A stretch of DNA of 64,000 nt from Barthelona sp. PCE (Eukaryota). Location: contig JAUFOR010000002.1 in assembly GCA_040285745.1 (NCBI GenBank), positions 1,922,001 to 1,986,000 of the forward strand, read 5' to 3'. The notes beneath the pieces are model-generated. The model worked only from the letters and a program-made list of their open reading frames with translations. It was not told the origin of the DNA and did not search any database. Positions 11,182 through 21,408 of the stretch are shown here, in pieces. Each line of letters begins with the position of its first letter. Position 1 is the stretch's first letter. A program made the translations under genes and the position numbers.

Positions 11182-11229
11182 TCAACTTTAATAAAATAAT
11201 TTTGTATTTCATATTTTCTCCCCTTTACC

Positions 11230-13284
11230 ATGTCGCAAAGACCAACCACTGCGAACATATCCATTGCAAAAATTCGCCGGAAGATTTACGGTGACCGTGC
11301 AGATGTTATTCCATTTCGTTTAAAGAAAATGGAAATTGAGGCTTTATACCATGCTAGATGCACAGATCTAGTTGTTAGACCGGATGAGGGACGAAGGAAG
11401 CGTTTTTATGAGCTCGTTGTAGCAAAAGCTGCAGGACACAATTTAGTTTTAAGCGGTTGCGGATTTGGTCCCAATAGTGCGTCCATAATTGGTGAACTGG
11501 CTCAAAAATACAAGTTTTCAAATGTTGTCTTAACAGGAAACACATTTCAAGATGAAGGAACGATTGCATTCGCTGAAAGCCTTAAGACCTGCGACTGTAT
11601 GTGCATGCTTGATCTGAGATCGAACGATATAGGACCAGCAGGAATGGCTGCTTTGTTTTCTTCATTGCAAGTCAATTCATCCGTTGTTGTTTTAGATGTT
11701 TCAAGTCTAACAGGTGTTACACGCAATCGCCTAGGGGACGAAGGATGTCAGGGACTTGCCAAATTGTTGGAACATAACCGTACGCTATCTTTTCTGAGTC
11801 TTTCAGGTGCTGGAATAGCTTTAGATGGAGCTAGATTATTTGGCCAAGGTCTTGCGCTCAACGATGCACTTGAACACTTGAATATCGCTGCTACTTCAAT
11901 TAATTCACGATCAATGAGTGAGATAAGCAGTATTTTACAGCATATGGACGATAATTATTCATTAAAAACGTTGATTCTTGATGATAATCGTTTCGGTAAT
12001 GTTGGTTTAGAACACTTATCCAAGTTTTTAAGCAAATTTAGGAGCTTAGAAAATCTTTCCCTTGTTAATTGTGGAATCACTGCTCCTGATGTATTATGTG
12101 AGATGATTCACACCACAAACATTAAGAAACTGAACCTTAACAGCAACACGTTCACCCCCAAGGCGGGTAAGGCTATTGGAGATATGCTTGCTCATGTGGA
12201 TTGCAGTCTTGAGGTTTTAAAGTTACACAGATGCAGAATCCATGATGAAGGCAGTATGTACCTTTTCCAACGTCTTGCAAATGCCCAAAACCCATCATTG
12301 TACGATCTTCATTTATCAGAGAACAGACTGGGTGATAGTGCTGGACAATATATTGAGAAATACTTGGAAAAGGATAGTTGTAAGTTGGAGCATTTAGATT
12401 TAAGCTCCAATGCACTCACTGAAGTTGGTGGTGTTCAGATTGCTGATGGTGTGCTCAAGAACAATACCCTTGTTCACATAAACCTGAGCAATAATCGGTT
12501 CAAAGATGAAAGTGCACTCAAATTTTTACAGGCCGCCAGAGAATGGGAGACACGTACAATTCGTATCATAGAGATGCGACTCAATAGCATTTCACTGTCT
12601 GTTCTGGAGAGTGTGGAAGCACATTTGAAGCGTGCTTCAGAGAGTGATAAATCAAAACAAGTGAGTGGTGTTCAAACTGAGATAGATCACTTAAAAGAGG
12701 ATGAAGATTATATGTTGAGTCTTTGCAAAGATATAGAAGATGTACAGAAGGGTATAGAATCAATGCAAAGGATGACGCGTGAATTTGATGTACATACAGA
12801 GACAGTTGTAACTGAGCAAAAACGACAAATCAAGGAACTAACACGAGATGTGGATGATATGATAGATATTAGAGATCAAAAGATGATGGAACTCAGTGCT
12901 TTAAAGTCACAGCTCACAGATTTAAAGTCAGAGAGTGGTATTAAACAACAAGTTTTAACAGCAAAGATTGAAAATTTCAGACGACAAAGATATGCTATGG
13001 TTGGAGAAACACGTAGAAAACAACGTCAACTAGATGCATCAGAGTCTAATTCAGATCCTGTATTGCTCGAATTGCAAAAGAAAATTAAGGATGAAGAGGA
13101 AAATCTGGATATTTCAAAACAATTGCTTTCTGCTTCTGCACCTGTAGTGAAGTTGGAAGAACCCCCACATGTTAAGATTGAGGAACCACCCATTCCTAAG
13201 TCTCGTTCTAAGAAAAGATTAGGTAAATCAAAGAGTAGAAAAGGTCTCAGAAAGTCAAAATCAAAAGGACATATTGTAAAGTAG
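11230..13284 (+). CDS. RNI-like leucine-rich repeat protein with C-terminal coiled coil and basic tail
   Basis: Repeated LxLxxNxIGxxG units (LDLRSNDIGPAG, LILDDNRFGNVG, LHLSENRLGDSA); heptad-rich C-terminal third. Confidence 0.85.
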   Translation: MSQRPTTANISIAKIRRKIYGDRADVIPFRLKKMEIEALYHARCTDLVVRPDEGRRKRFYELVVAKAAGHNLVLSGCGFGPNSASIIGELAQKYKFSNVVLTGNTFQDEGTIAFAESLKTCDCMCMLDLRSNDIGPAGMAALFSSLQVNSSVVVLDVSSLTGVTRNRLGDEGCQGLAKLLEHNRTLSFLSLSGAGIALDGARLFGQGLALNDALEHLNIAATSINSRSMSEISSILQHMDDNYSLKTLILDDNRFGNVGLEHLSKFLSKFRSLENLSLVNCGITAPDVLCEMIHTTNIKKLNLNSNTFTPKAGKAIGDMLAHVDCSLEVLKLHRCRIHDEGSMYLFQRLANAQNPSLYDLHLSENRLGDSAGQYIEKYLEKDSCKLEHLDLSSNALTEVGGVQIADGVLKNNTLVHINLSNNRFKDESALKFLQAAREWETRTIRIIEMRLNSISLSVLESVEAHLKRASESDKSKQVSGVQTEIDHLKEDEDYMLSLCKDIEDVQKGIESMQRMTREFDVHTETVVTEQKRQIKELTRDVDDMIDIRDQKMMELSALKSQLTDLKSESGIKQQVLTAKIENFRRQRYAMVGETRRKQRQLDASESNSDPVLLELQKKIKDEEENLDISKQLLSASAPVVKLEEPPHVKIEEPPIPKSRSKKRLGKSKSRKGLRKSKSKGHIVK

Positions 13285-13303
13285 TGTTTTTTCAATTGTG
13301 TTT

Positions 13304-16300
13304 TTACTGTTCATAAGCAACTCTGGTGTATTCGTCTTCACAGGCCATGCGAATGCGATCACATGAAGCAGGAAATCCAATTTGCGGCACCTCATCCAAA
13401 TCCACTGATGTTCTGAAAGAGTTGACTGCACTAACAATAGCTTCATAGATGGAATAACCAAGGACAAAGGGTGGCTCACCTACTCCTTTGGATCCACGAA
13501 CCGCACGATCATTAACAGGCATATCCAGCATATAAATACGCATGTCTCTGGGAATATCAGTATATGATGGAATCTTATAATATGCTGGTCCGGGTCCGAA
13601 TACGGCTCCGTTGGGCATACGCAAAACTTCCTCAATTGTGTTCCAACCAGTACCTTGAACGAAGGCACCTTCAATTTGACCAATATCAATGGAAGGATTG
13701 ATGGAACGACCCAGATCCATACAGATATCTGTTCTAAGAATCTTGAAATAACCAGTGAGAGTATCAACTTCAACTTCACTGACTGCTGAACCGTAGGTGA
13801 AATAGTTGAATGGATGACCTGTCTTGGTCTCCCAATCCCACCCATTAATAGGAGTGGCATAGTAACCATATGCACTTGTGGGAACACGGTTCAAAAATGC
13901 CTGTAAGCACAATACGCTAAATTCAGCATCAGGATACTTTTCTCTAATGGGAATAAGGTTAGCATTAATCTCTTCACACGCATTTTTAACGGCAGCACAG
14001 TTAAGATCAGCTCCTGTCGATGCAGCAGTGGGTGATGTGTTGGCAACCTTGTCTGTAGCAGTCTCGGTAACATGGACCTTCTCTAATGGTACACCAAGCA
14101 CCTCGCTTGCAATCTGTGCCACCTTTGTGTGAACACCTTGACCCATCTCAATACCACCATGTGAAATGAATACAGATCCATCTTGGTAACAATGAACGAG
14201 TGCAGAAGCCTTGTTCATCATTTTGTTAGTAAATGAGATTCCGAACTTCATCGTCATGTGACTAAGCCCGCGTTTAACACGCTTATGTGTAGCATTGAAG
14301 GCAGCAACTTCCTCTTGACGACGACGGAGATCAGCAAGTGTGACAACCTCATCAAAAGTATGCAAAAGATGATTGTCGTTCAAAATCATGCCAAAATGCG
14401 TCTTAGCAGCTTCACCCATAAGGTTAGCGCGTTTCATAGCGAATAATTCCTTCTTGAGTACAATAGCTCCATGTCTTACAATAACCTCACCAGCGTTATG
14501 TGCAGCGGGTAATCCGAAACCTCGGAAAGCAGTCATTGAAGGCTTGTTAGTTTGACAGATCTTACCATTAACATAAAGATAAGGCCATTTAAAACCTGCG
14601 TCAATGTGGAACATCGAGCGTTCAATCATTGCAACACTGAGATCCCATGAGAATCCTGCATCAGCATAAATTGTGGTGTGTAAAGCGTGACAAGTACCAT
14701 CAGCCTTGAAACCAGCCTTGTATTTGATGAGGTAAGGCTGTCTCTTACCGGTTAACAACATATCATCTTGTCTTCCGAGGTTAAATCGACAAGGCCTGTT
14801 GGTTTTGTGTGCAGCAAGTGCAGCAAGACCACACCATAGATAATTACACTCCTTTCCACCGAATGCACCTCCACAACGACGCACCTTTGCGATAACGCGG
14901 TTGCTATCGATACCCAGGATACGTGATACTGAAGACTGTGCACCAGAAGGTGACTGAGTGCTGTAATAGAGTTGATACTCCTCACCAGGAACAACAACAG
15001 CATTGTTATTCTCCATATAAAAGTGTTCCTGTTCGGGAGTCTTGACTTCACCTTCAACCACAACGTCACAGCCTTCTAACTCAGTCATGACAGTCTCGAG
15101 AGAATGATCATCATTAGAGATATACCTTTCGAAATCAAAGTAACACTCCTTAGCAATTGCATCTTCAATCGTGACGACGGCATCCAGTTCCTCGTACTCA
15201 ATTTTGGCCTTCTTTGCTGCCAACCATGCGACCTTATTGGTGGTAGCAACGACTAGCGCAATTGGTTGACCATAGTAAAGACACTCGTTCGTTACAAGAT
15301 ACTCCTCATCTTTTGAAATAGCACCAGTTGCATTCTTACCCGGGATATCATCGGCTGTAATCACTGAAACAACACCTTCTACGTCCCATACATCAGAGTA
15401 ATCCGCAGAAATAATACGTGCATGAGGCTTTGTTGTCTTAACAACTGCAACATGAAGCATATGAGGTGCCTCAACATCGACAGAGTACTCAGCTTCACCA
15501 GTGGCGTGAAGATAACCTGCAAGGTGCATTTTATCTGTGCCAGCATCAGTGGTGGATTTCTCATCCTTGTAGTGCTGCTCACCACGTGACATTGTGTGTT
15601 CAATGGGTTCGTAGGGATCGAGATTAAGCTCGTCAAGCATGTGACGGTTGCCGCGCTCGGTACACACATAAGAAATAAATTGAACAATAATTGACTGAAG
15701 CATGGTACGACGATAAGGAATAATTCCACCAGGAGCGTTATCTGATAAAGGCAGCTCTGCACGAACACTTTCTACCAGACTGTGCACGGTATCTATATCG
15801 AAAGGCTTGCCATTCATCTCAGTCATTGTCTTGTTAGCCATAACAACCCATGGAGCCATACCACCAAAGGATAAACGCAGCTCTGCGATGATGCCATCAA
15901 CGATTCTGATGAGGAAACCACCGTTAATGATGGAGATATCATCTTCAAGACGTCGACATTGCTTCATAGCATGTGTGAAAGTGAATTCATCTACCTTAGG
16001 AATGATCACCTTTGAAACGAACTCAAACTCCTCAAGATCAACTTTCTTGTATCCCTTGACAAAAGAATCTGCGCGGACACGGCGCGATGACCCTTCCTTT
16101 GCATTAACAATCACGTATTCAGCGTTAACAGCCATTAGAACGGGGATAGCATCCGCAATAGGTGCAGAGTTAACAACGTTGCCAGCGAGTGTTGCGACAC
16201 TTCTGATCATACGGTTAGCAAAAAAAGTGAGCTGATGTGCCAAAGTAAAAAGAGGGCGAAGCTCAGGAATTTTTTCTACAGTTTTAACGAATTTTTGAAT

Positions 16301-17152
16301 ATGAAGCAAGGGAGTCATTGCACCAATTGTAATTGCCTCACCTTCGACATCAATACCTGCATAATCGGACATTAGATGAAGAGAGATACAGGAAGGAAAT
16401 TCAGAATCAAAGAGAAGCTGTTCAATCTTAATTTCACTCAGACCTGAAATGAATTTGGGACATGAATCCATCTCGTTGACAATAGCAATGAGATCCTGCA
16501 GGGTTGTAGGAACATAAATATCTACATTTGAGTAATTAAATGAAATAGAAGTGGGGATGCGTAAATTAGGAACGTTTAAGTTCAAGAAATTAGTGGGTAG
16601 ATCTTCGTTACACCTCTTCTTAATGTCATCGGAACAATCATGGGCAAAGGATTTAGCTGCGTCAAGGATAGGACGATAACCAGTGCAACGACACAGATTG
16701 CAATCAAAAGATTCTTCAATCTCTGCCATAGATGGGAGACGGCCTCCTAGTTCCTGCTTTGTTTCAAGTAAGAAACTGACAATAGCCATAACAATACCTG
16801 GTGTGCAAAAACCACACTGAGTACCGTGAAATTCTGCCACACGTTTCTGAATAATGTGAAGCTCGGTTGAGACGGATCCCAGGCCGGCAGCTGTCCAAAC
16901 AGCGCTGTTATGTAGATAATAAATCGGAGTCATACATCCCAACAATGCTCTGTAACGTAAATCACCTGTGGTGGTCATTGAAGCAACAAGAACGGTACAT
17001 GCACCACAACCGCCTTCTGAACAGGCGACTTTGACACTTTTTATACCCATTACTTCTCTAAAATAGCTTGAAACAGACATTAAAGGATCTATTGTATGAT
17101 TAACTTCATATTTTAACCCATTAAGGAAGAAACTTATCTGACGGCTTTTCAT
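13304..17152 (-). CDS. XDH: Xanthine dehydrogenase/oxidase (single-chain 2Fe-2S/FAD/Moco)
   Basis: CSEGGCGAC, QCGFCTPG and CRCTGY Fe-S motifs; GGAFGGKE (Glu802-equivalent), IER (Arg880-equivalent), TAFRGFG and GVGEPP (catalytic Glu) are all present. Confidence 0.93.
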   Translation of the reverse strand: MKSRQISFFLNGLKYEVNHTIDPLMSVSSYFREVMGIKSVKVACSEGGCGACTVLVASMTTTGDLRYRALLGCMTPIYYLHNSAVWTAAGLGSVSTELHIIQKRVAEFHGTQCGFCTPGIVMAIVSFLLETKQELGGRLPSMAEIEESFDCNLCRCTGYRPILDAAKSFAHDCSDDIKKRCNEDLPTNFLNLNVPNLRIPTSISFNYSNVDIYVPTTLQDLIAIVNEMDSCPKFISGLSEIKIEQLLFDSEFPSCISLHLMSDYAGIDVEGEAITIGAMTPLLHIQKFVKTVEKIPELRPLFTLAHQLTFFANRMIRSVATLAGNVVNSAPIADAIPVLMAVNAEYVIVNAKEGSSRRVRADSFVKGYKKVDLEEFEFVSKVIIPKVDEFTFTHAMKQCRRLEDDISIINGGFLIRIVDGIIAELRLSFGGMAPWVVMANKTMTEMNGKPFDIDTVHSLVESVRAELPLSDNAPGGIIPYRRTMLQSIIVQFISYVCTERGNRHMLDELNLDPYEPIEHTMSRGEQHYKDEKSTTDAGTDKMHLAGYLHATGEAEYSVDVEAPHMLHVAVVKTTKPHARIISADYSDVWDVEGVVSVITADDIPGKNATGAISKDEEYLVTNECLYYGQPIALVVATTNKVAWLAAKKAKIEYEELDAVVTIEDAIAKECYFDFERYISNDDHSLETVMTELEGCDVVVEGEVKTPEQEHFYMENNNAVVVPGEEYQLYYSTQSPSGAQSSVSRILGIDSNRVIAKVRRCGGAFGGKECNYLWCGLAALAAHKTNRPCRFNLGRQDDMLLTGKRQPYLIKYKAGFKADGTCHALHTTIYADAGFSWDLSVAMIERSMFHIDAGFKWPYLYVNGKICQTNKPSMTAFRGFGLPAAHNAGEVIVRHGAIVLKKELFAMKRANLMGEAAKTHFGMILNDNHLLHTFDEVVTLADLRRRQEEVAAFNATHKRVKRGLSHMTMKFGISFTNKMMNKASALVHCYQDGSVFISHGGIEMGQGVHTKVAQIASEVLGVPLEKVHVTETATDKVANTSPTAASTGADLNCAAVKNACEEINANLIPIREKYPDAEFSVLCLQAFLNRVPTSAYGYYATPINGWDWETKTGHPFNYFTYGSAVSEVEVDTLTGYFKILRTDICMDLGRSINPSIDIGQIEGAFVQGTGWNTIEEVLRMPNGAVFGPGPAYYKIPSYTDIPRDMRIYMLDMPVNDRAVRGSKGVGEPPFVLGYSIYEAIVSAVNSFRTSVDLDEVPQIGFPASCDRIRMACEDEYTRVAYEQ

Positions 17153-17451
17153 TTAACGTGATAATCTTTGAAATAAGGTGAAAAATGTGAAACATAGAAT
17201 TTTGCAGAAACCAAGATACGATACTAGACGGCATATTATGGGGATATTTACAACCTTTTCAAACGGATTAGAGTGCCAGTTATTGAATAAACTGTCATGA
17301 AGTCTTCTTACCAACAATCCAAATTTAGGGCCATTTTTACTTCTTTTCTGTAAATTCGCGCTGAATCATGCTGTGACGGGCACATGACTTGTGTATCAAA
17401 ATTGTTGATATGTCAAATCAGATAAGACTTACAAAGAAAATTAGAAACTTA

Positions 17452-18573
17452 TTAAAACTCTGTCTCAATATGCTGTGCGCTCCGTGATCGCATATCCAGA
17501 CTGTGGTGACTCCCATGATAACTATGATGACTGCTTCCATGATGACTGCCAAAATTACTGTGATGGCTTGAAGCTTGACTTCCCTCATTATTGTGTGAGA
17601 TCTCAAGTTTCCTTTCCTGTGGGTGCATTGGTTGATGTGTTACAGTTGCTTGACTGCCTTCAATGCTCAATTTAATCCATTCACCACCTTCAAATCCATA
17701 ATATGCTACTTCCTTGCCAAAGCAAGCTCCGAGTAATGTTCCACTTAAATTCCACTGCAGTGCGTGAACAGGGGCTGTGTGTGTTCCTACAACCTCTGTG
17801 TTCCAAACAATATCCGTGCTACTAAGATCTTTCTCGTTCAAGGCAACGTTATTATACTTTGTTGTTCCAGACATTCCAAAATTACACATTACATTGCCAT
17901 TCATGTCCCCACTCATCAATTCTAAGATATTTGGAAAACCCAAAGATGGTTTCCAAGCAAGACACAATATACCACACTTATTTTCGAATTCATGTTCACA
18001 GAACCATCCTTCACGTTCGTCAATACCCTGGTGGCAGTATCTCCACACTTTTATGGTGCAGTCTGATCCACCACTGGCAAATTTGAGCAAATGAGAATGG
18101 AAAGATACACAAAGTGCACCGTTGTGTGATGATGGATGTGCTTTGAATGAAATGGTGTCAAATTGTCGTTCTTGATGAGGCTTTTCTGAATAAACAACTA
18201 TATTACCATCCTGTAATGCTAATACAAACACATGTTCACCGTGTACTCCTTCTGAAGCGAATGCAATATCATTCACAGTGCAATCGTACCTCTGAATCAA
18301 CTGCTTGGACCACTCTCCTGAATCAAAATCTTCCAAAAACAAAAATACACTTCCGTTACCCAAACAAACAACTAACCAATCATCAGAGGACCAAGCTAAA
18401 CATGTAACATTTGCATCTAGCTGTGCTTTGAAGCATTCTTCAAACGTTTCATTCTCATCAATTGTGTGTACGAAAAGAAAACCTCCATCATCACCTGAAG
18501 CAAATCGAGTAGAACTATGATTGAAACACAGTGCATTAACGGGGCTTGTGTGTGGCAAATTGAACCCACTCAT
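17452..18573 (-). CDS. WD40 protein, Sec13/Seh1-like, with His/Ser-rich C-terminal tail
   Basis: WD40 blades (FASGGSDCTIKVW, LAWKPSLG, HTAPVHALQWNLSGTLL) resembling Sec13/Seh1; first ATG at 18573. Confidence 0.7.
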   Translation of the reverse strand: MSGFNLPHTSPVNALCFNHSSTRFASGDDGGFLFVHTIDENETFEECFKAQLDANVTCLAWSSDDWLVVCLGNGSVFLFLEDFDSGEWSKQLIQRYDCTVNDIAFASEGVHGEHVFVLALQDGNIVVYSEKPHQERQFDTISFKAHPSSHNGALCVSFHSHLLKFASGGSDCTIKVWRYCHQGIDEREGWFCEHEFENKCGILCLAWKPSLGFPNILELMSGDMNGNVMCNFGMSGTTKYNNVALNEKDLSSTDIVWNTEVVGTHTAPVHALQWNLSGTLLGACFGKEVAYYGFEGGEWIKLSIEGSQATVTHQPMHPQERKLEISHNNEGSQASSHHSNFGSHHGSSHHSYHGSHHSLDMRSRSAQHIETEF

Positions 18574-18661
18574 CAAAAAACAATGCTTTGAAAAAAGGAC
18601 GAAATTCTTTAAACACTCAATTTATTATAATTCAATAAAGATAAAGATATAAAGCAGGATA

Positions 18662-19462
18662 TCATGATGGCGTAAACATGTTCTTCAATTTAAAATGATC
18701 ATCAAACAAGTTTTTCATGTCAGGTTTTTTCTTAAAACCAGAATCTATAACTGCTCGTTTATGAATCATTGTTTTCATATGATTTTCAACATCATTCATT
18801 GCAATGTCCTTTGTTCGACATACTCTGCAATTAAATTTTTTGGAACTCATTGATTTTCTAGTTCTTCTTTGCAACATATCCTCATCATCTAAACTTGCAC
18901 GTTTTCTTCTAAACTTCTCTATTTTACGGGGAATATACTTCATAAAACCTCTATGATTTTCAATTTCCTTTGGTATATCAAAAGGTAAAAATTTGAATGG
19001 ACGAAAAGAATTTTGATTTCCACTTAATCCAAGTGTTTTCTTGCGAGAGCGCTTGTCCTTGGGATTCTTTCTTCGATAAACAGATAATAATTGTGACATT
19101 TCATAAACTTTCGTTTGTGGTGAATGTACTGCTAAAACGTTCTTTAACTGTGCTAAATGAGGATTCTTAACATTGGGTAGAACTACAACCTTCGGTGTAA
19201 CCTCAAGCTGCTCACGTAAACTCACACTATTTGTCGGGAAAAGGACTTGCAAAGCCTTGTCTACATTAACAAGCTTAATCATGTGTCGCATTCCAATAAC
19301 ATGGAAGGCCTCCTCCGAAACAATCATCCCCGGTGTTACAAGTATGTAAACCATGCCACATTTAACACTAGCAACTTTTGTAGTTTTGGTTCTCTTTTTA
19401 AACTCTCTTGTTCCAGGTGTATCAATGCTGAATCCCGCGTCTAACTTCTTGGAATGCTTCAT
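18662..19462 (-). CDS. Basic protein with C-terminal CCHH zinc finger, possibly a divergent Dbf4/ASK
   Basis: CRVC...H-x5-H (NHMKTMIH) near the C-terminus and a central SFRPF motif. The likely start is the ATG at 19462; upstream sequence is T-rich and UTR-like. Confidence 0.45.
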   Translation of the reverse strand: MKHSKKLDAGFSIDTPGTREFKKRTKTTKVASVKCGMVYILVTPGMIVSEEAFHVIGMRHMIKLVNVDKALQVLFPTNSVSLREQLEVTPKVVVLPNVKNPHLAQLKNVLAVHSPQTKVYEMSQLLSVYRRKNPKDKRSRKKTLGLSGNQNSFRPFKFLPFDIPKEIENHRGFMKYIPRKIEKFRRKRASLDDEDMLQRRTRKSMSSKKFNCRVCRTKDIAMNDVENHMKTMIHKRAVIDSGFKKKPDMKNLFDDHFKLKNMFTPS

Positions 19463-19563
19463 TAAAAAACAAAAAAACAGAACTAGTTGAAAAAGATAAA
19501 ACATTGCTGTTTGCAATTGTATATCCTCTTTCACAAAGTTAAAAAACACTTTTTCTACGGAAA

Positions 19564-20124
19564 ATGCCTAAAAACGCTACCAAAAGGATAGATAATGAGA
19601 ATAATGCTACAGAAGTTTTGGATTATTCTTTCTTTGACATGCCACAGTTACAGCCTCCTCCAGACAACTCCATCCAAATTCCTTCGTCCCGTGCGGTAGG
19701 ATGGCTTTTGAATAACAACTTATTTGAGGAATTAGACAGTGAAACTTTAAGATCAGAAGCTTCTGCAGCTTTTACTGAGGGTCCAGAGCAGGTTAAATTT
19801 ATTGACTTGTCGTTCAATAAGCTCGAAGCGCTCCCAGACTTTTCAGTTTTTCCTAATCTAATTTCATTGGCTTTGCAGGGTAATCAAATCAAAAGTGTAG
19901 GTGTCTTAATTAACGCAGTCAAGAACTGTACTAAGCTAAAGAGGCTGAGTGTTGCATATAACCCAGTTGAAGAACACAGAAACTATAAGGTTGGTTGTCT
20001 TGCGTATGTACCTTCTTTGAATCACTTTGATGGATCACCTGTATTCGCCAATGACCATCATGCAGCAAAGGATTGGCTTAGGAGAAGACAAAATATTAAA
20101 GCTCAACGTGAAGATGTACAATAA
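19564..20124 (+). CDS. LRRC51: LRRC51-like ciliary leucine-rich repeat protein
   Basis: LDYSF N-terminal motif, WLLNNN, IDLSFN, LALQGN, NPVEEHRNY; length and motif order match LRRC51 as recalled. Confidence 0.8.
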   Translation: MPKNATKRIDNENNATEVLDYSFFDMPQLQPPPDNSIQIPSSRAVGWLLNNNLFEELDSETLRSEASAAFTEGPEQVKFIDLSFNKLEALPDFSVFPNLISLALQGNQIKSVGVLINAVKNCTKLKRLSVAYNPVEEHRNYKVGCLAYVPSLNHFDGSPVFANDHHAAKDWLRRRQNIKAQREDVQ

Positions 20125-20186
20125 ATTCAATTTTGAAATCATGTAATGTAAACTATTTACAATTATTCAAAATATAGCATTACACA

Positions 20187-21250
20187 CTATAACAAATGAG
20201 GTTTTCCAATATCACGACGTTTCTTTTGAATTTTATCAACCATATAACGGGAAACAAATTGATCTTTTGATAATTTTCGAATTTCTTTAACAAAATCTTG
20301 AGGAGAAATATTCTCACTCTCTAAAGCCATTTGTAATGAATTAATTGTATCATCGATAGCTAAATTTGTTGAAAAACTCTCCAGTGTCTGATTAGACCAT
20401 ACGTTTTGGCATACTTCAGGTCCCATATCATTTTGATTGGTACTATCTAATTTTGCCTTGTACTCATGCAATTTTGATATCTCACCCTTAATTTTGTCAA
20501 CATTTGAAACATAACGGTCCTTGAGCTCAATCAAAGCTGTATGATTCCTATCAATATTGGAATGTTGTGATTCCAATTGATCTACCAGCTCTTGTAACTG
20601 AGTTAATTGTAATTCAGCATTACTTTTAACATCTGAGAAATGCTTCTGAAACTTGTTCAACAAATCAGTTCTAAACGTCTTCTTAAGGGTCTCACGGTTC
20701 TCTCTCTGCTGCTCAAAGGAGGAGACCTGATGATTGACCTGAGGTTGGCCTGCATACAAAGGAGTATGTTGTCCAAAAGCATTGGACAGTTGAGCAGCAA
20801 GCTTAGACAGTGTATTATGAGGCTGCCAATGCTTGAGATATGAGAAGTGCTCACATGAACCGTTTGAAAGAATAAAGGGATGATTAGGAGCAACATACAT
20901 GTTAGTAGTTGGATTAACACGAACAGAAGGCGCACGAGATGGGTAATAGTCAGGACAGATGGTAACTGGGATGTTGAATTGATTGCCCTGGAAGTGCATA
21001 GGAATTGTTCCTGTTAAGATAATACCAAGTACATAATTGGAACCTCTAGCTTAATATTAGAATATTGTTATACAAGATACGCCCGATCGAAGGCGGCTGT
21101 GAGGATAAACATACGCAAACGTCTTTGCTCAACGACTAATGTTGGAAACTGTGAAACCAATTGTTGAATATCCATAGAAGCTCTATTTCCATCTGTGAAA
21201 CAGGTAACGCCGCTTAAAACGCGCGCTAGGGGATTGGAATGGCTGAACAT
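20187..21250 (-). CDS. VPS23: ESCRT-I Vps23/TSG101 (exon 1 21250-21115, exon 2 21049-20187; 332 aa)
   Basis: UEV motif LTGTIPMHFQGNQFNIPV...YPSRAP, coiled coil, and steadiness box (AIDDTI...FVKEIRKLSKDQF). Splicing the 65-nt intron gives 136+863=999 nt in frame. Confidence 0.85.
21050..21114 (-). other. Spliceosomal intron (65 nt) in VPS23
   Basis: Minus strand reads GTATGT...TTCTAATATTAAG; phase-1 donor and acceptor are compatible, and splicing removes in-frame stops. Confidence 0.8.
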
Positions 21251-21408
21251 TGTGAAATGGAGAATATAACGTAAAACAATCACAAATTCTCCAATTAGAC
21301 TTTCCAAAATGTCTGATCTGATGGAAATAACTATGTAAAGCATTCACAACCATTCAAATAAAAACATTGGTGCATTAATTCATAATTTATTATCAGTTAG
21401 CACAATGC

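Noticed and set aside
21068-21343. 91-aa stand-alone ORF
   Set aside because: It is VPS23 exon 1 read through into the intron.
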